A DNA stretch of 64,000 bases, from NCBI GenBank assembly GCA_963704165.1, contig CAVPHD010000004.1, positions 224,001-288,000 of the forward strand. The letters run 5' to 3'. The translations under genes and the position numbers were made by a program. Positions 30,072-44,573 of the stretch are shown here, piece after piece. This DNA comes from an uncultured delta proteobacterium (GTDB lineage: Bacteria > Myxococcota_A > UBA9160 > SZUA-336). Under the pieces are notes generated by a model. It made no database searches and was not told the DNA's origin. It worked only from the letters and a program-made list of their open reading frames with translations. Position 1 is the first letter of the stretch. Every line of letters starts with the position of its first letter.

Positions 30072-31130
30072 GTGAGAACCGTGGCCGAGCCGAGCGCAGC
30101 CGTGCACGAGCTTCGCGAGCTGCCCGAGCGCCTCTCCGAAGTGCTGCTCGCCGTGCTGCGCGCCTACGTCGAGAGCGGGCAGCCGATCGGCTCACGCGAC
30201 GCGCGCGAGCAGAGCAGCCTCAAGGTGTCGTCGGCCACCGTGCGCGGGGTGATGGGCGAGCTGATGGATCTCGGCCTGCTCGAGCAGCCGCACACGTCGG
30301 CGGGACGGATTCCGACCGACGCGGCGTTCCGGCTCTGGGTCGATCAGCTGCTGCACGCTCCCGGGCACGGTCGAGCGGTGCCGCGAGATCTCTCGCGCGA
30401 GTTCAGCGAGCCGGTCGCCGCGGTCGAGGACGGACTGCGGCGTGCGGCGGACGTGCTCACGCACGTCACCGGCCAGCTCGGCTTCTGCGTGGCGCTCGAG
30501 AGCGAGCGCGTGCGTCTGAAGTGCCTGCGCTTCGTGCGCGTCTCGAGCGAGCGCGTGATGGCGCTCCTGGTCTCGGAAGGCGACGTCGTGCGCACGCGTC
30601 TGCTCGACGAGCGAGAGTGTGACCAGCGCAGGCTCGATCGCATTTCGGGCTCGCTCTCGCGGCTGGTCGCCGGCCTGACGCTCGAAGACGCCCGCGCCCG
30701 ACTCTCGGCCGAGATCGACGGCGATCACGCGCAGCGCGACGCGCTCTGGCGAAAGCACCTCGCGCTCGGCCGGCTCGGGCTCGACGTCGAGATCGAGGCG
30801 GAGCTGTACGTCGGTGACCGCACGCAGATTCTCAACCAGCCCGAGTTCGAAGACGGCGCGCGGCTGCGCGAGCTGCTTCGCGCTCTCGACGAGAAGCAGC
30901 GCATGCTGGCGCTACTCGACAACGTCTTGAAGGCCGGCGAGATGCGCGTCGTGATCGGAGAGGAGCTCGGCGATCCTCGTGTCGCGCGCTGTGCCGTGGT
31001 GGCGGAGCCGGTCGGCTCGGCACCCCTGCGTGGCGGGCTCGGCGTGATCGGTCCGGTGCGCATGCGCTACGATCGGGTGATCCCGATGGTGCGCTACGTA
31101 TCCGGGAAGCTCGGACCCGCCCTCGCCTGA
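30072..31130 (+). CDS. hrcA: Heat-inducible transcription repressor
   Basis: YVESGQPIGS, SSATVR, LEQPHTSAGRIPT, GVIGPVRMRY. Confidence 0.93.
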   Translation: MRTVAEPSAAVHELRELPERLSEVLLAVLRAYVESGQPIGSRDAREQSSLKVSSATVRGVMGELMDLGLLEQPHTSAGRIPTDAAFRLWVDQLLHAPGHGRAVPRDLSREFSEPVAAVEDGLRRAADVLTHVTGQLGFCVALESERVRLKCLRFVRVSSERVMALLVSEGDVVRTRLLDERECDQRRLDRISGSLSRLVAGLTLEDARARLSAEIDGDHAQRDALWRKHLALGRLGLDVEIEAELYVGDRTQILNQPEFEDGARLRELLRALDEKQRMLALLDNVLKAGEMRVVIGEELGDPRVARCAVVAEPVGSAPLRGGLGVIGPVRMRYDRVIPMVRYVSGKLGPALA

Positions 31131-31163
31131 CACTTCACGGCGCGCGAGTCCGAAGGATAGGGA

Positions 31164-31721
31164 ATGAGCGACGCGAAGGGACCGAAGGTCGAGCTGCCCG
31201 AAGATCTGATGGCGGAACTCGAACACTCTGGCGAAGCCAGACGGGAGTCCGCTCCGGAAGGGCCAGTCGTCGACGCGGCCGAGCTGGCCGACCTGAAGGA
31301 GCGCTATCTGCGCCTTGCCGCGGAGTACGACAACTTCCGCAAGCGGAATCTTCGCGAACGCCAGGATCTGCTCAACTACGCCAACGAGAGCATCGTCAAG
31401 GAGCTGTTGCCGGTCGTCGATAACCTGGAACGAGCCGTCGTCCACGGTCGCAGGGAGGAGCAGCAGGCCGACAGCGAGAATCTTCTGCAGGGGGTGGAGC
31501 TCACCCATCGGTCGCTCATGCAGATCCTCGGGCGCTTCGGCGTCGTCGAGATCGAGGCCGAGGGCAAGGAGTTCGATCCCCAAGTCCACGAAGCGGTGCG
31601 CCGAGTCGCGACCAGCGAGCATCCTCCCGGCACCGTCGTCGAGGTTCACCAGAAGGGTTACTTGCTGAAGGACCGACTGCTCCGCCCGGCCATGGTCGCG
31701 GTCGCAGGCGAACCGGGATAG
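31164..31721 (+). CDS. grpE: Nucleotide exchange factor GrpE
   Basis: [47 protein letters not shown]. Confidence 0.97.
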   Translation: MSDAKGPKVELPEDLMAELEHSGEARRESAPEGPVVDAAELADLKERYLRLAAEYDNFRKRNLRERQDLLNYANESIVKELLPVVDNLERAVVHGRREEQQADSENLLQGVELTHRSLMQILGRFGVVEIEAEGKEFDPQVHEAVRRVATSEHPPGTVVEVHQKGYLLKDRLLRPAMVAVAGEPG

Positions 31722-31768
31722 ATCGAGCCGAAGAGCCGACACACATCCCGGTGCGCGGATCGGGAGTG

Positions 31769-33631
31769 ATGGGAAGAGTCGTCGGAATCGATCTCGGCAC
31801 CACGAACAGCTGCGTGGCGATCCTCGAGCGAGGGGAGCCGGTCGTCATCGCGAACAGCGAGGGCAGCCGCACCACCCCGTCGATCGTCGCCGCGAACATG
31901 AGTGGTGAGAGACTCTGCGGACAGATCGCAAAGCGCCAGGGGGTGACCAACCCGGCGAATACGGTCTACGCGGTGAAGCGCCTGATCGGCCGCCGCTTCG
32001 ACGACGAGTGCGTCGAGCGCTTCCGCGCCGTCGCCCCATTCGAGATCTGCGAAGCACCGAGCGGTGACGCCTGGGTGAAGCTGCACGAGAAGGAGTGCAG
32101 CCCCGAGGAGATCTCTGCGCTCATCCTGAAGCGCATGAAGGAAACGGCGCAGGACTACCTCGGCGAGGAGGTGACCGAGGCCGTCATCACCGTGCCGGCC
32201 TACTTCAACGACGCACAGCGCCAGGCCACCAAGGATGCCGGCCGGATCGCGGGCCTGAACGTGCTGCGCATCATCAACGAGCCGACCGCCGCGGCGCTGG
32301 CCTATGGGCTCGAGAAGGAAGGGCGCGAGACGATCGCGGTCTTCGATCTCGGCGGCGGAACCTTCGACGTCTCGATCCTGCGCATCGGAGACTCGGTCTT
32401 CGAGGTGCTCTCCACCAACGGCGACACGTATCTCGGCGGAGAGGACTTCGATCAGGTGATCATGAACTGGCTGGCGGACCGGTTCGCCGAGAAGAACCCG
32501 GGCAGCGATCTTCGTACCGATCCGATGGCGTTGCAGCGGCTCAAAGAAGCCGCGGAACGCGCCAAGCAGGAGCTCTCGTCTTCGGAAGAGACCGACGTGA
32601 ACCTGCCGTTCATCGCCGCCGACGCCTCGAGCCCGAAGCACCTGACCGAGGTGGTCACGCGCTCCCAGATCGAGACGTTGGTCGCGGAGCTGATCGAGCG
32701 ACTGGAAGCGCCCTGCGTGGCCGCGCTCGCGGACGCGGGCCTCGAGGCGAGCCAGGTCGATCGGGTGATCCTGGTCGGCGGAATGACGCGCATGCCGAGC
32801 GTGCAGGCGAAGGTCGAGCAGATCTTCGGCAAGGCACCGCATCGCGGTGTGAACCCGGACGAGGTCGTCGCGGTCGGAGCTGCGATCCAGGCGGGTGTGC
32901 TGAAGGGCGAGGCGGCGGACGTGCTGCTGCTCGACGTCACGCCGCTCTCGCTCGGCGTCGAGACGCAGGGCGGGATCATGACCAAGATCATCCTGCGCAA
33001 CACGACGGTCCCGACCCGGAAGAGCGAGGTCTTCTCGACCACCGAGGACAACCAGAGTCTGGTTCGCATCCACGTCTTGCAGGGCGAGCGCGAACTCGCC
33101 GCCGACAACCAGACGCTCGGCCGCTTCGAGCTGATCGGCATTCCCCCGGCGCCGCGTGGCGTGCCGCAGATCGAGGTCAGCTTCGACATCGACGCGGACG
33201 GCATCCTGAACGTGAGTGCCAAGGAGCTCGGCACCGGTCGCGCGCAGCAGATCCGGGTCTCGGCCTCCGGCGGGTTGAGCCCGGACCAGATCGACCGGCT
33301 GGTCGAGGACGGCGCGACCCACGCGGAGAAGGACGCGGAGCGAAAAGCGGCGGTCGAGCTGCGAAACACGGGCGAGGGCCTGATCTACTCGGTGGAGCAG
33401 GCGCTCGATCTCTACGGTGCCCAGCTCGAGGCGAGCGAGCGCGCCGAGGTCGAGAGCGCCGTCGGGCGCGCGCGAAAGGCGCTGGCCGCCAGCGACATCG
33501 ACGAGCAGCGCGTGGCCGTCGAGGATCTGCAGCAGCTCGCCTACCGGATGACCGAGGCGATGTACGAGCGGATCGACGGGGGCACCGCGGTCGCGGATCC
33601 GGCCTCGGACGACGAACTGATCGAGGATTGA
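31769..33631 (+). CDS. dnaK: Chaperone DnaK
   Basis: [35 protein letters not shown]. Confidence 0.98.
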   Translation: MGRVVGIDLGTTNSCVAILERGEPVVIANSEGSRTTPSIVAANMSGERLCGQIAKRQGVTNPANTVYAVKRLIGRRFDDECVERFRAVAPFEICEAPSGDAWVKLHEKECSPEEISALILKRMKETAQDYLGEEVTEAVITVPAYFNDAQRQATKDAGRIAGLNVLRIINEPTAAALAYGLEKEGRETIAVFDLGGGTFDVSILRIGDSVFEVLSTNGDTYLGGEDFDQVIMNWLADRFAEKNPGSDLRTDPMALQRLKEAAERAKQELSSSEETDVNLPFIAADASSPKHLTEVVTRSQIETLVAELIERLEAPCVAALADAGLEASQVDRVILVGGMTRMPSVQAKVEQIFGKAPHRGVNPDEVVAVGAAIQAGVLKGEAADVLLLDVTPLSLGVETQGGIMTKIILRNTTVPTRKSEVFSTTEDNQSLVRIHVLQGERELAADNQTLGRFELIGIPPAPRGVPQIEVSFDIDADGILNVSAKELGTGRAQQIRVSASGGLSPDQIDRLVEDGATHAEKDAERKAAVELRNTGEGLIYSVEQALDLYGAQLEASERAEVESAVGRARKALAASDIDEQRVAVEDLQQLAYRMTEAMYERIDGGTAVADPASDDELIED

Positions 33632-33686
33632 GGCCGGCGGCCGGGCTTGCGCGGGACGATCGAGGCCATAGCCTAGGCGCGCCCCG

Positions 33687-34787
33687 ATGAAGCGCGACTA
33701 CTACGAGATCCTGGGTGTGGCGCGGGACGTGAGCCCGGAGGACCTGAAGAAGGCCTACCGAAAGCTCGCCCATCAGTTCCATCCCGACAAAAACCCCGGC
33801 AACCCGGAGGCCGAGGCCGAGTTCAAGGCGGCCAGCGAAGCCTATGCCGTGCTCTCGGACCCGGAGAAGCGCGCGCAGTACGACCGGGTCGGGCACTCCG
33901 CGTTCGGGGCCGGTCAGGGCGGCGACCCGTTCGCGGGCTTCGATCCGTTCACGAGCTTCGGCGATTTGTTCTCCGAGTTCTTTGGCGGCGACATCTTCGG
34001 CCGGAACGGCCGCGGCGGGCGGGGCCGGCGAGGGGCGGACCTGCGCTACGACCTCGAGGTCGATTTCGGAGTCGCCGCCCTCGGCGGCGAGCAGACGCTG
34101 AAGATCCCCAAGCACAAGGCGTGCGCCGCCTGCTCGGGTGTGGGCGGTGAGCGCGAGACCTGTCCGCGCTGCGGCGGCCGGGGCCAGATCGCGCTGCAGC
34201 AGGGCTTCTTCCGCATGGCGCGAACCTGCGACCGCTGCAGCGGGCTGGGCCAGAGCCTGAAGCGCGCCTGCGCGGAGTGCCGCGGCAAGGGACGGATCGA
34301 GACGCTGCAGTCGCTCACCGTGCGCATTCCCGAGGGCGTCGATACGGGGGTGCGGCTGCGGCTCCAGAGCGAAGGCGAGGCTGGCTACGACGGCGGCCCG
34401 CCGGGCGATCTCTTCGTCGTCATCCACGTCCGGGAGCATCCGCTCTTCGAGCGTGACGGCACGGATCTCCACTGCGAGATCCCGATCTCGATCGCGCAGG
34501 CGGCGCTCGGCTGCGAGGTCGAGGTGCCCAACCTCGACGGCAAGGAAACCGTCACGCTGAAGGCGGGCACGCAGTCCGGCGATCTCGTCCGCTGCCGCGG
34601 TCGCGGGCTTCCGAGGCTCGGTGGCGGTCCGCGTGGCGACATCGTCGCGCGAATCTTCGTCGAGGTCCCGTCGAAGCTCGACGCCCGCCAGCGCGAACTG
34701 CTCGAGGAGTTCGCGAGGATCACCGGCGACGAGGTCTCGCCACGCCGACGGGGATTCCTCGACAAGCTTCGGGACCTGTTCGAGTGA
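33687..34787 (+). CDS. dnaJ: Chaperone DnaJ
   Basis: J domain HPD, G/F region, four CxxCxGxG. Confidence 0.98.
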   Translation: MKRDYYEILGVARDVSPEDLKKAYRKLAHQFHPDKNPGNPEAEAEFKAASEAYAVLSDPEKRAQYDRVGHSAFGAGQGGDPFAGFDPFTSFGDLFSEFFGGDIFGRNGRGGRGRRGADLRYDLEVDFGVAALGGEQTLKIPKHKACAACSGVGGERETCPRCGGRGQIALQQGFFRMARTCDRCSGLGQSLKRACAECRGKGRIETLQSLTVRIPEGVDTGVRLRLQSEGEAGYDGGPPGDLFVVIHVREHPLFERDGTDLHCEIPISIAQAALGCEVEVPNLDGKETVTLKAGTQSGDLVRCRGRGLPRLGGGPRGDIVARIFVEVPSKLDARQRELLEEFARITGDEVSPRRRGFLDKLRDLFE

Positions 34788-36745
34788 GCGCGCGGCCGCT
34801 CGCCCGGGCGGCGCTCGTGGCTGCGCTCGCGTTGTCGTGCGCGCAGCCGTCGGTCGTGCGCGAAGGTCGGGCGGTGGCCTACGAGAGCGCCGCGAAGTCC
34901 GATCTCGACGCCGCGCGGGCATGGCTCGCCAAGGGCGACCCGGCGCGTGCGGAGCAGGTTCTGGTCCGGTTCCAGACCGAGCTTGCCAAGAGCAAGCACG
35001 CCGACGAGGCGCTCTACCTGATGGGCGAGGCGCAGCTCGCCAGGCGAGAGCCCGCGCGCGCGGCTTCGAGCTGGCAACGACTCGTCGAGACCTACCCCAA
35101 GAGCCCGTACAACGTCGATGCCGCGATGCGCGCCGCCACGATCTACGGCGAGCTCGATCGGCCCGACGACGGGCGAAGGTTGCTCGAGCGCTCGAGCTTC
35201 GAGAGCGTGACGGCGCCGCGGCGCGCGCGCCTGTTCCGATTGCAAGCGGACCTCGCGCGCGCCTCGGGCGACTGGCCCGCGGCGGTGTACGCGCTCGCTC
35301 TCACGCGACGGGACTCCCGCAAGCCGGCCAAGCTCGCGGAGCTCGACGCCGAGATCGACGAACTCATCGATGGCCGCTTGCGCGAACCCGAGCTCGACGC
35401 GCTCGCACGCAAGCTGCCGCGTGGGCCCGTCAGCGATCGGGTGAACCTGACGTTGGCGAGCCGCGCGCTCGCGCGCAACGACACCGCGACCGCGCGCAAA
35501 GCGCTCGCGCGCCTGCCGAGTCAGCTCTCGGACGGCGATGCGGCCGCTCGCGATCGTCTGCTCGCGCGTGCCTCGGACCAGGGCGCCGGGGTCGGAGCGA
35601 CACTCGGGCTGGTTCTTCCACTCTCGGGTCCATACGAGAGGATTGGCGAATCGATCCTGCGCGGGTTCGTCCTCGCCTCGGAGATCTACGGCGAGACGCC
35701 CTCGCGGCTCCGGCTGCTGGTCCGGGATTCGGGCGGCGATGCCGACCGCGCGGCCGAGGCCACGCGCGAGCTCGCGGCCGCGGGTGTCGTCGCGGTCGTC
35801 GGCCCGGTGCGCTCGAGCGAGACCGCCGCCGCCGCAGTGGTCGCCGAGGAGGCGCGGATACCGCTGCTCAGCTTCGCGCGTCGCGACGAAGTGGCCGATC
35901 TCGGTGAGTTCGTATTTCGCCTCGGCCTCACACCCGCGGACCAGGCGTTCGAGCTCGCGCGCTTCTGCGCGGAGCAACGCGGTTGCCGCCGCTACGCGAT
36001 CCTGTATCCGGACGACGACTACGGAACGAGCTTCAAGAACCGCTTCTGGGATGCGATCGAGGCCAACGGCGGAAGCGTCGTCGCGATCGAGAGCTACCCA
36101 CCCGGCTCCGTCGATTGGCAGAGCCAGATCAAGCTCCTCGTCGGGCTCGAGCCGCTTTCCCCCGGTGAGCGCGAGCGCGTGAAGGAGCGCGACAAGCTGC
36201 GCAGGAACGCGGTCGCGAACGCCGAGCGCTTGGCCGCACCCGAGCTGATGGGTCTTCCACCCTACGTCGATTTCGACGCGATCTTCATCCCCGATGACGC
36301 CGCGAGCGTCGGATTGATCCTGCCCCAGCTGCGCTTCTTCGACGTTCGCGACGTGGTGGTTCTCGGCGGCAGCGGCTGGAACGACCCGGCGCTGGTGAAG
36401 ATCGCTTCGCGCGAGGCGACGCGTTCGGTGTTCACCGACGAGTTCTTCGCGGACAGCGCGCGACCCGAGGTGGCGGAGTTCGTGCGCCGGTTCAGCGAGA
36501 GCTTCGGCAACACGCCGGACGCGTACGCCGCCGAGGGATTCGACGCCGCCGTGGTCCTGCGTGCCGCGCTGATCGACGGCGAAGGGGCCGACGGTCGCTT
36601 CGTTCGCGATCGACTGCTAGCACTACCCGTGCGTGCCGGCGTCACCGGACTCGGATCGTTCGACGCCGCGGGCAGCGCCCGCAAGTCACTCGAGTTCCTG
36701 ACCGTGCGCGGTTCCGCCATCGTCGCCACGACGCCTCCGGAATAG
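34784..36745 (+). CDS. LpoA-like lipoprotein (TPR/BamD-like N-terminus plus periplasmic-binding fold)
   Basis: LALSC lipobox, TPR helices, [21 protein letters not shown]. Confidence 0.78.
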   Translation: MSARPLARAALVAALALSCAQPSVVREGRAVAYESAAKSDLDAARAWLAKGDPARAEQVLVRFQTELAKSKHADEALYLMGEAQLARREPARAASSWQRLVETYPKSPYNVDAAMRAATIYGELDRPDDGRRLLERSSFESVTAPRRARLFRLQADLARASGDWPAAVYALALTRRDSRKPAKLAELDAEIDELIDGRLREPELDALARKLPRGPVSDRVNLTLASRALARNDTATARKALARLPSQLSDGDAAARDRLLARASDQGAGVGATLGLVLPLSGPYERIGESILRGFVLASEIYGETPSRLRLLVRDSGGDADRAAEATRELAAAGVVAVVGPVRSSETAAAAVVAEEARIPLLSFARRDEVADLGEFVFRLGLTPADQAFELARFCAEQRGCRRYAILYPDDDYGTSFKNRFWDAIEANGGSVVAIESYPPGSVDWQSQIKLLVGLEPLSPGERERVKERDKLRRNAVANAERLAAPELMGLPPYVDFDAIFIPDDAASVGLILPQLRFFDVRDVVVLGGSGWNDPALVKIASREATRSVFTDEFFADSARPEVAEFVRRFSESFGNTPDAYAAEGFDAAVVLRAALIDGEGADGRFVRDRLLALPVRAGVTGLGSFDAAGSARKSLEFLTVRGSAIVATTPPE

Positions 36746-36803
36746 GCGCTGCGCGCAGGTCTGCGCATCAAGATCCGAAGATCGCGAGTCGATTTCCTAT
36801 CTC

Positions 36804-39206
<2,403 letters not shown>

Positions 39207-39253
39207 CGGGGCCGGGCGCTGCGCGCCGCGATCGCCGCGCCTAGTATCGGCGC

Positions 39254-40267
39254 GTGGACCTGCGAACCCTGGGCGAGTTCGGGCTGATCGAGGCCATCCG
39301 AAGGCGCGCGCGCGTCGATCGGCGTGTCTGGCGGCTCGGAATCGGCGACGATGCGGCGATCCTGCGCGCGCGTCCGCGAGAGGACCTCGTTCTGACGACG
39401 GACGCGCTGGTCGAGGACGTGCACTTCCGCTGGATCACGACGGACGCGCGCTCGCTCGGTGAGAAGTCGCTCGCCGTGAATCTCTCGGACATCGGCGCGA
39501 TGGGCGCGAAAGCGCTCGGATGTCTGCTCACCCTCGGCGTGCCCGGGAGCGTCGAGTCGTCGCAGCTCGACGGCTTTCTCTCGGGTCTCCTCCGGCTCGC
39601 ACGTGCGAGTCACTGCCCGCTCGTCGGAGGAGACACCGTGCGAGCTCCGCAGTGGCTGATCAACGTGACCGTCGTCGGCGCGGTCACGAGCGGCCGCGCA
39701 TTGCTGCGCTCGGGCGCGCGCGCGGGCGACCGGATCTTCGTCACCGGGGACCTCGGCGGCGCGGCGGCGGGGTTGGCGCTCCTCTCCGGTCCCGGTGTTT
39801 CGACGGCCGCCGAGCGACGCCTGGCCGCACGTCAGCTGCGGCCGCGTCCGCCATTCGGCGCCGGCTCGGCGCTCGTGCGCGGTCGGCTCGCGCGCGCCGC
39901 GATCGACGTCTCGGACGGGCTCGTCCAGGACCTGGGCCACGTCGCGCGGGAGAGCGGCGTGGCCGCGCGCGTCGATGTCGAGCGCGTCCCGATCGCGAGC
40001 GGACTCGCGCGCACTGCCTCGCGGTTGGGTCTCGATCCACTCGGCCTCGCGCTCGCGGGGGGCGAGGACTACGAGCTGCTCTACGCGTCGCCCCCGGAAC
40101 GGGGAACGGCGGCTTCTCATGCCCGCAAGCTCGGCTGCCGCGTCACGGAGATCGGAGTTTTCACCCCGGGCTCCGGTGTGCATTTCGTGCGCGCCGGGCG
40201 CAGATACGAGCCCGAAGCTGCCGGTTTTCAGCACTTCAAGCCGGCCCGCGCAGACTCCGAGAAGTAG
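39254..40267 (+). CDS. thiL: Thiamine-monophosphate kinase
   Basis: [36 protein letters not shown]. Confidence 0.95.
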   Translation: MDLRTLGEFGLIEAIRRRARVDRRVWRLGIGDDAAILRARPREDLVLTTDALVEDVHFRWITTDARSLGEKSLAVNLSDIGAMGAKALGCLLTLGVPGSVESSQLDGFLSGLLRLARASHCPLVGGDTVRAPQWLINVTVVGAVTSGRALLRSGARAGDRIFVTGDLGGAAAGLALLSGPGVSTAAERRLAARQLRPRPPFGAGSALVRGRLARAAIDVSDGLVQDLGHVARESGVAARVDVERVPIASGLARTASRLGLDPLGLALAGGEDYELLYASPPERGTAASHARKLGCRVTEIGVFTPGSGVHFVRAGRRYEPEAAGFQHFKPARADSEK

Positions 40268-40311
40268 CGAGATGGCCGCATTTCGCGGCGAACTTGCGTT
40301 CGGAAGGGCTC

Positions 40312-41562
40312 GTGCGGTTCGACCTCTCCCAGAAGCTCGTACTCGGCTTCACCACGGCAATCGCCATCGGTGCTGGAATCACTCCGGCTCTGCACTGGCT
40401 CGGCGTGCCCGGGTGGGGCGCGTTCTTCGTCGTGATGCTGCTCGGGATCGGGCTGGGCTGGGTCTACGCGGGACAGATCACCGCGAACTTCCGCACGCTG
40501 CGCGGCTGCACCGAGCGGATCAGCCGCGGCGACCTGACGGCCGAGATCGACATCGAGGCCGGGCGCCGATTTCCGGACGAAACCGTGGACCTCGCGCGTT
40601 CCGTCGGTGGGATGCTGCAGAAGCTCCGCGAGCTCGTCGATCACATCCAGCGCGCGGCCGAGGAGGTCGCACAGTCCTCGCGTGACGTCGCGACCTCGTC
40701 GCAGAGCGTGAACAGCACGAGTCACGCACTCGGCGCGACCATGGAGACCGTCTCCTCCGGCGCCGGACAGCAGCAACGGGACGTCGAGCAGATCCGAGCG
40801 CGCATCCACGACATCGCCGACTCACTGCGCGCGAACGCCGATGCCGCACGCCGTGCGTCGTTGCTGACGAGCGAGGCCAGCCAGAGGGCGACCGCGGGCG
40901 TGGACGTCTCGCGGCTTTCGCAGGCGAAGATGGAGAGCCTGTTCGAGCGAATCGAGCAGGCGGGGCACCGGGTCGAGAGCTTCGAGGGCAAGATCCACTC
41001 GGTCCATCGCGTCACCGAGATGATCTCGAGCGTCGTCGAGAAGACGCACCTGCTCTCGCTCAATGCGTCGATCGAGGCGGCGCGTGCGGGAGACGCGGGC
41101 CGGGGTTTCTCGGTCGTCGCCGAGGAGATCCGCAAGCTCGCCGAGAGCGCGGGCAGCTCCGCCGAGCAGATCGAGGATCTGATTCGCGAGCTCGAAGAGG
41201 AGTCGAAGCGGATTTCGCAGGCGACGCTCGCGATGCGCGACGACGTGCGCGGTGGCCGACAGGACCTCGAGGCGATCTTCGTCGCGCTCGAGAAGGTCCA
41301 GGGTGCGGTCACCGAGGCCTCGAATCGCGCCGAGGACATCTTCCAGAAGGCCGGCAGCCAGGCCGCGGACTCCGAGCGCATGGTCGGCGACGTCGAGCGC
41401 GTGGCGATGGTCGTCGGGCAGAACGCCAAGGCGATGAACGAGATGCGCGGCGGACTCGCCGCCCAGACACGCACGATGGAACAGCTGGTGCGCGAGGCCG
41501 CGCGCCTGTCGGACATGTCGGTCGAGCTCGGCGAGGTCGCTCGCCGGTTCCGGACCCGGTAG
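40312..41562 (+). CDS. DifA-like methyl-accepting chemotaxis protein (no periplasmic domain)
   Basis: Two adjacent TM helices, [35 protein letters not shown]. Confidence 0.9.
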   Translation: MRFDLSQKLVLGFTTAIAIGAGITPALHWLGVPGWGAFFVVMLLGIGLGWVYAGQITANFRTLRGCTERISRGDLTAEIDIEAGRRFPDETVDLARSVGGMLQKLRELVDHIQRAAEEVAQSSRDVATSSQSVNSTSHALGATMETVSSGAGQQQRDVEQIRARIHDIADSLRANADAARRASLLTSEASQRATAGVDVSRLSQAKMESLFERIEQAGHRVESFEGKIHSVHRVTEMISSVVEKTHLLSLNASIEAARAGDAGRGFSVVAEEIRKLAESAGSSAEQIEDLIRELEEESKRISQATLAMRDDVRGGRQDLEAIFVALEKVQGAVTEASNRAEDIFQKAGSQAADSERMVGDVERVAMVVGQNAKAMNEMRGGLAAQTRTMEQLVREAARLSDMSVELGEVARRFRTR

Positions 41563-41576
41563 GCGAGGGCGGGAGC

Positions 41577-42044
41577 ATGGAAAAGACCCCATGGCTGCGC
41601 TTCGAAGTCTCCGGGCAGGCGTACGCGATTCCGCTCGCGTCGGTCGTCGAGGTCACGGGTGCCGTTCGTCCGCACTTGATCCCGCGCATCCCGCTCGACA
41701 TCGGCGGGGTTCTCAACGTGCGCGGCGAACCGCTGCCCGCGGTCGACGGCGGCGCGCTGCTGACGGGATCGAGCTCGAAAGGACACCGTCACGTGTTGGT
41801 TCTCGAGCGCAGCGCGCTGCGGATCGGCGTGCTGGTCGGACAGGTGCGACGGATCGAACGCGAGCTCGCGACGGAGCCGCAGGCGCAAGGCTCGGCGGAA
41901 GCCGAACTCGTGCGTTGGGTGAATCAGGATGATTCCGCCCTGGGGCTGGTCGACCCCGAAGGGCTGATCGAACGGGCGACGATGCTGCTCACGGATCAAC
42001 GCAAGCAGCCGGGAGGACAGGAGTCATGGCACACCGGATTCTGA
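41577..42044 (+). CDS. cheW: CheW (DifC-like)
   Basis: [25 protein letters not shown]. Confidence 0.88.
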   Translation: MEKTPWLRFEVSGQAYAIPLASVVEVTGAVRPHLIPRIPLDIGGVLNVRGEPLPAVDGGALLTGSSSKGHRHVLVLERSALRIGVLVGQVRRIERELATEPQAQGSAEAELVRWVNQDDSALGLVDPEGLIERATMLLTDQRKQPGGQESWHTGF

Positions 42045-42400
42045 TCGCGGACGACGCTGCATTCATGCGTGAGATGCTGCGCGACATACTGACGGACGGG
42101 GGCTACGAGATCGTGGGCGAGGCCGCCGACGGCAACGAGGCCGTCTCGGCCTTCGCCAAGCATCTCCCCGACCTGCTGACACTGGACATCGTGATGCCGC
42201 GCAAGAGCGGCCTCGAGGCGCTGCGCGAGATCACCGCGGCGCATCCGGGCGCTTGCGTGGTGATGTGCAGCGCACTGGGCCAGGAAGCGCTCGTGATGGA
42301 AGCTCTCGAGGCCGGTGCGCGCGACTTCATCGTCAAGCCCTTCAAGCCGGACCACGTTCTCGAGGTGGCGCAGAAGGCTCTCGCGAAGTCCGACGACTGA
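42026..42400 (+). CDS. cheY: CheY-like response regulator (DifD-like)
   Basis: [29 protein letters not shown]. Confidence 0.92.
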   Translation: MAHRILIADDAAFMREMLRDILTDGGYEIVGEAADGNEAVSAFAKHLPDLLTLDIVMPRKSGLEALREITAAHPGACVVMCSALGQEALVMEALEAGARDFIVKPFKPDHVLEVAQKALAKSDD

Positions 42401-42413
42401 CCCGGGACCTCTC

Positions 42414-44011
42414 CTGAACCTCGAGAAGTACAGGACGCTCTTCGTCGACGAGGCGGGTGACCATCTCCAGGAGATGGGTCGCGCGCTCGCGGCGCTGTCC
42501 GCCGGCGACGAACCGGTCGAGAGCGCGATCGACACGCTCTTCCGCATGGCCCACTCGATCAAGGGCATGGCGGCGTCTCTCGACTACGATGCGGTCTCGT
42601 CGCTCGCACATCGGCTCGAGGACTGGATGGAGCCGCTTCGCGCGGGCGCCGACTTCGATCGTTCGCAACTCGATCTGCTCGCCGAGGCGATCGCCGCGCT
42701 CGAAGAGATGGTCGCCTGTGTAGACGAGAACGGTGTTCCCGCCGAGGCGCGCGAGGATCTGCTCGCGCGGCTCGCGCAGAAACGCGAAGACGCGACCGCG
42801 ATTCAGCCCGGGCTCAAAAAAAAACTTCCGAGACCGCGGCAGCGCCGCTCCCACGCACGGTTCGCGTTCGCACGGAGGCGATCGACCGCTTCCTGGCCGC
42901 GGTAGGCGTGCTGATGCAGGGCCAGGCTCGCCTGGAGGAACTGCACCGGGAGGCGCCCTACTGGACCGGACACGGCGCGTTCAACGACGAGCTGGACCAG
43001 CTCGCGCGCGTCGTCCGCGACCTGCGCCGCCATGCGCTCGACATCCGAATCACTCCTGTGCGGCGAATTCTGGAGCGCTTGCCGCGCGTGGCGCAGGACC
43101 TGGCCCGCGAGCTCGGGAAGCTCGTTCGCGTCGAGTTGGTCGGGGAAGAGGTCGAGGTCGATCGGGCGGTGCTCGACCACCTCGACGATTCGCTTCTGCA
43201 CCTCGTCCGCAACGCGATCGACCACGGTCTCGAGACCGAGGCGGAGCGACGGGCCGCGGGCAAGGATCCCGTCGGGACGCTGCGCATGCGCGCGTCGCGC
43301 GTGGCCGGCCGGCTGCAGATGCGGCTCGAGGAGGACGGGCGCGGGATCGAGATCGAGAAGGTCCGCCGGCGCGCCATCGAGCGCGGTCTCCTGCTCGAGA
43401 TGGTGGCCGAGGATCTGCCGCCGGGTCGGATTCTCGAGTTCATCTTCGAGCCCGGAATCTCCACACGCGACAGTGTCAGCGACATCTCCGGCCGGGGCGT
43501 CGGACTCGACGCCGTGAAGCGACAGATCGAAGCCCTCGGTGGAACGATCTCCGTCGAGAGCAGCCCCGGAAAGGGAACCGCGTTCCTGCTGGACCTGCCC
43601 TCGATGGTCGCGTTGCAGCGGGTGCTCGTGCTGCAGGTGGCGGGTGAGCGCGTCGCGCTGCCGATCTCGACCGTCGAGGCGGTGCTCTCGGTCGAGGAAG
43701 CGGCGATCGAGCGGGCCGGTGTCGACGCCTTCTTCATGCTGAAGGAGGAGCCCCTGCCGCTCGTCGATCTGGGACCGCGACTCGGCGTGGCCAGGACTCG
43801 CGCGACGGGCGGCTGTGTCGTCGTCGTGGAGGCGCGCGGCTTCAAGCTCGGTCTGCTGGTGGACCGCGTGATCGACGACCTCGAAGTCTTCGTGCGCGAG
43901 ACGCCGCCACCCCTGCGCGAGCTGGCACCGCTCGGCGGCGTCGCGATCCTGCGCGACGGCACACCCGTCTTCCTGCTCGAGATCATCTCGCTCGTGGAGA
44001 ACTTTCCATGA
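42414..44011 (+). CDS. cheA: CheA histidine kinase (DifE-like), -1 frame change at the A9 run 42816-42824; start uncertain
   Basis: Hpt FRMAHSIKG in one frame; TVRVR, HLVRNAIDHG, SGRGVGLD and CheW domain in the -1 frame. Confidence 0.88.
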
Positions 44012-44562
44012 GCGATGCGTCCGATCGGCTCGCCGAGATCGCGAACATCTGCGCGGGCCACGCCTCGAGCGCGCTCGCGGAGCTGCTCGACGCGACGCTC
44101 CTGTTCGAGCCGCCGACCGTCCATCGGCTCGCCGCCGGTCGGCCGCTCGATACGCTCTTCGACCGCGAGGACCGCGTCGCCGCCGTCTTCGTCGAGCTCG
44201 AGGGCGTGTTCTGCGCGGAGGCCGCGATCCTGCTTTCCGCGACCGCGGTCGAGGAAGTGCTCGCGCGCGTCGCCGGCAAGAGCGCGGACGAAACCTCCGA
44301 GGTCTCCGCGCTCACGGTCCTCGCAGAAGTCGGAAACATCGCGCTCTCCGCCGCAGCGAATGCGCTCGCTCTGCTGCTCGGCGGGCGATCCCTTCCCTCG
44401 GTGCCGCGCGCGGGCTACGCGCGTCAGGGCAGGTTGACGATGCATGAACTCTCGCGCAGCTCGCCCGACGCTCGCACGGTGGTGGTCGTGGAGCTGGTCG
44501 AACGCGCGGGTCCGCTGCGTCTGCATTTCGCGATCGCGCCAGCGGACGAGGCGATCGACTAG
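44008..44562 (+). CDS. cheC: CheC-like phosphatase (DifG-like)
   Basis: EIANICAGHASSAL and EVGNIALSA (ExxN motifs), PSVP. Confidence 0.85.
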   Translation: MSDASDRLAEIANICAGHASSALAELLDATLLFEPPTVHRLAAGRPLDTLFDREDRVAAVFVELEGVFCAEAAILLSATAVEEVLARVAGKSADETSEVSALTVLAEVGNIALSAAANALALLLGGRSLPSVPRAGYARQGRLTMHELSRSSPDARTVVVVELVERAGPLRLHFAIAPADEAID

Positions 44563-44573
44563 ACTCTCTCGCG

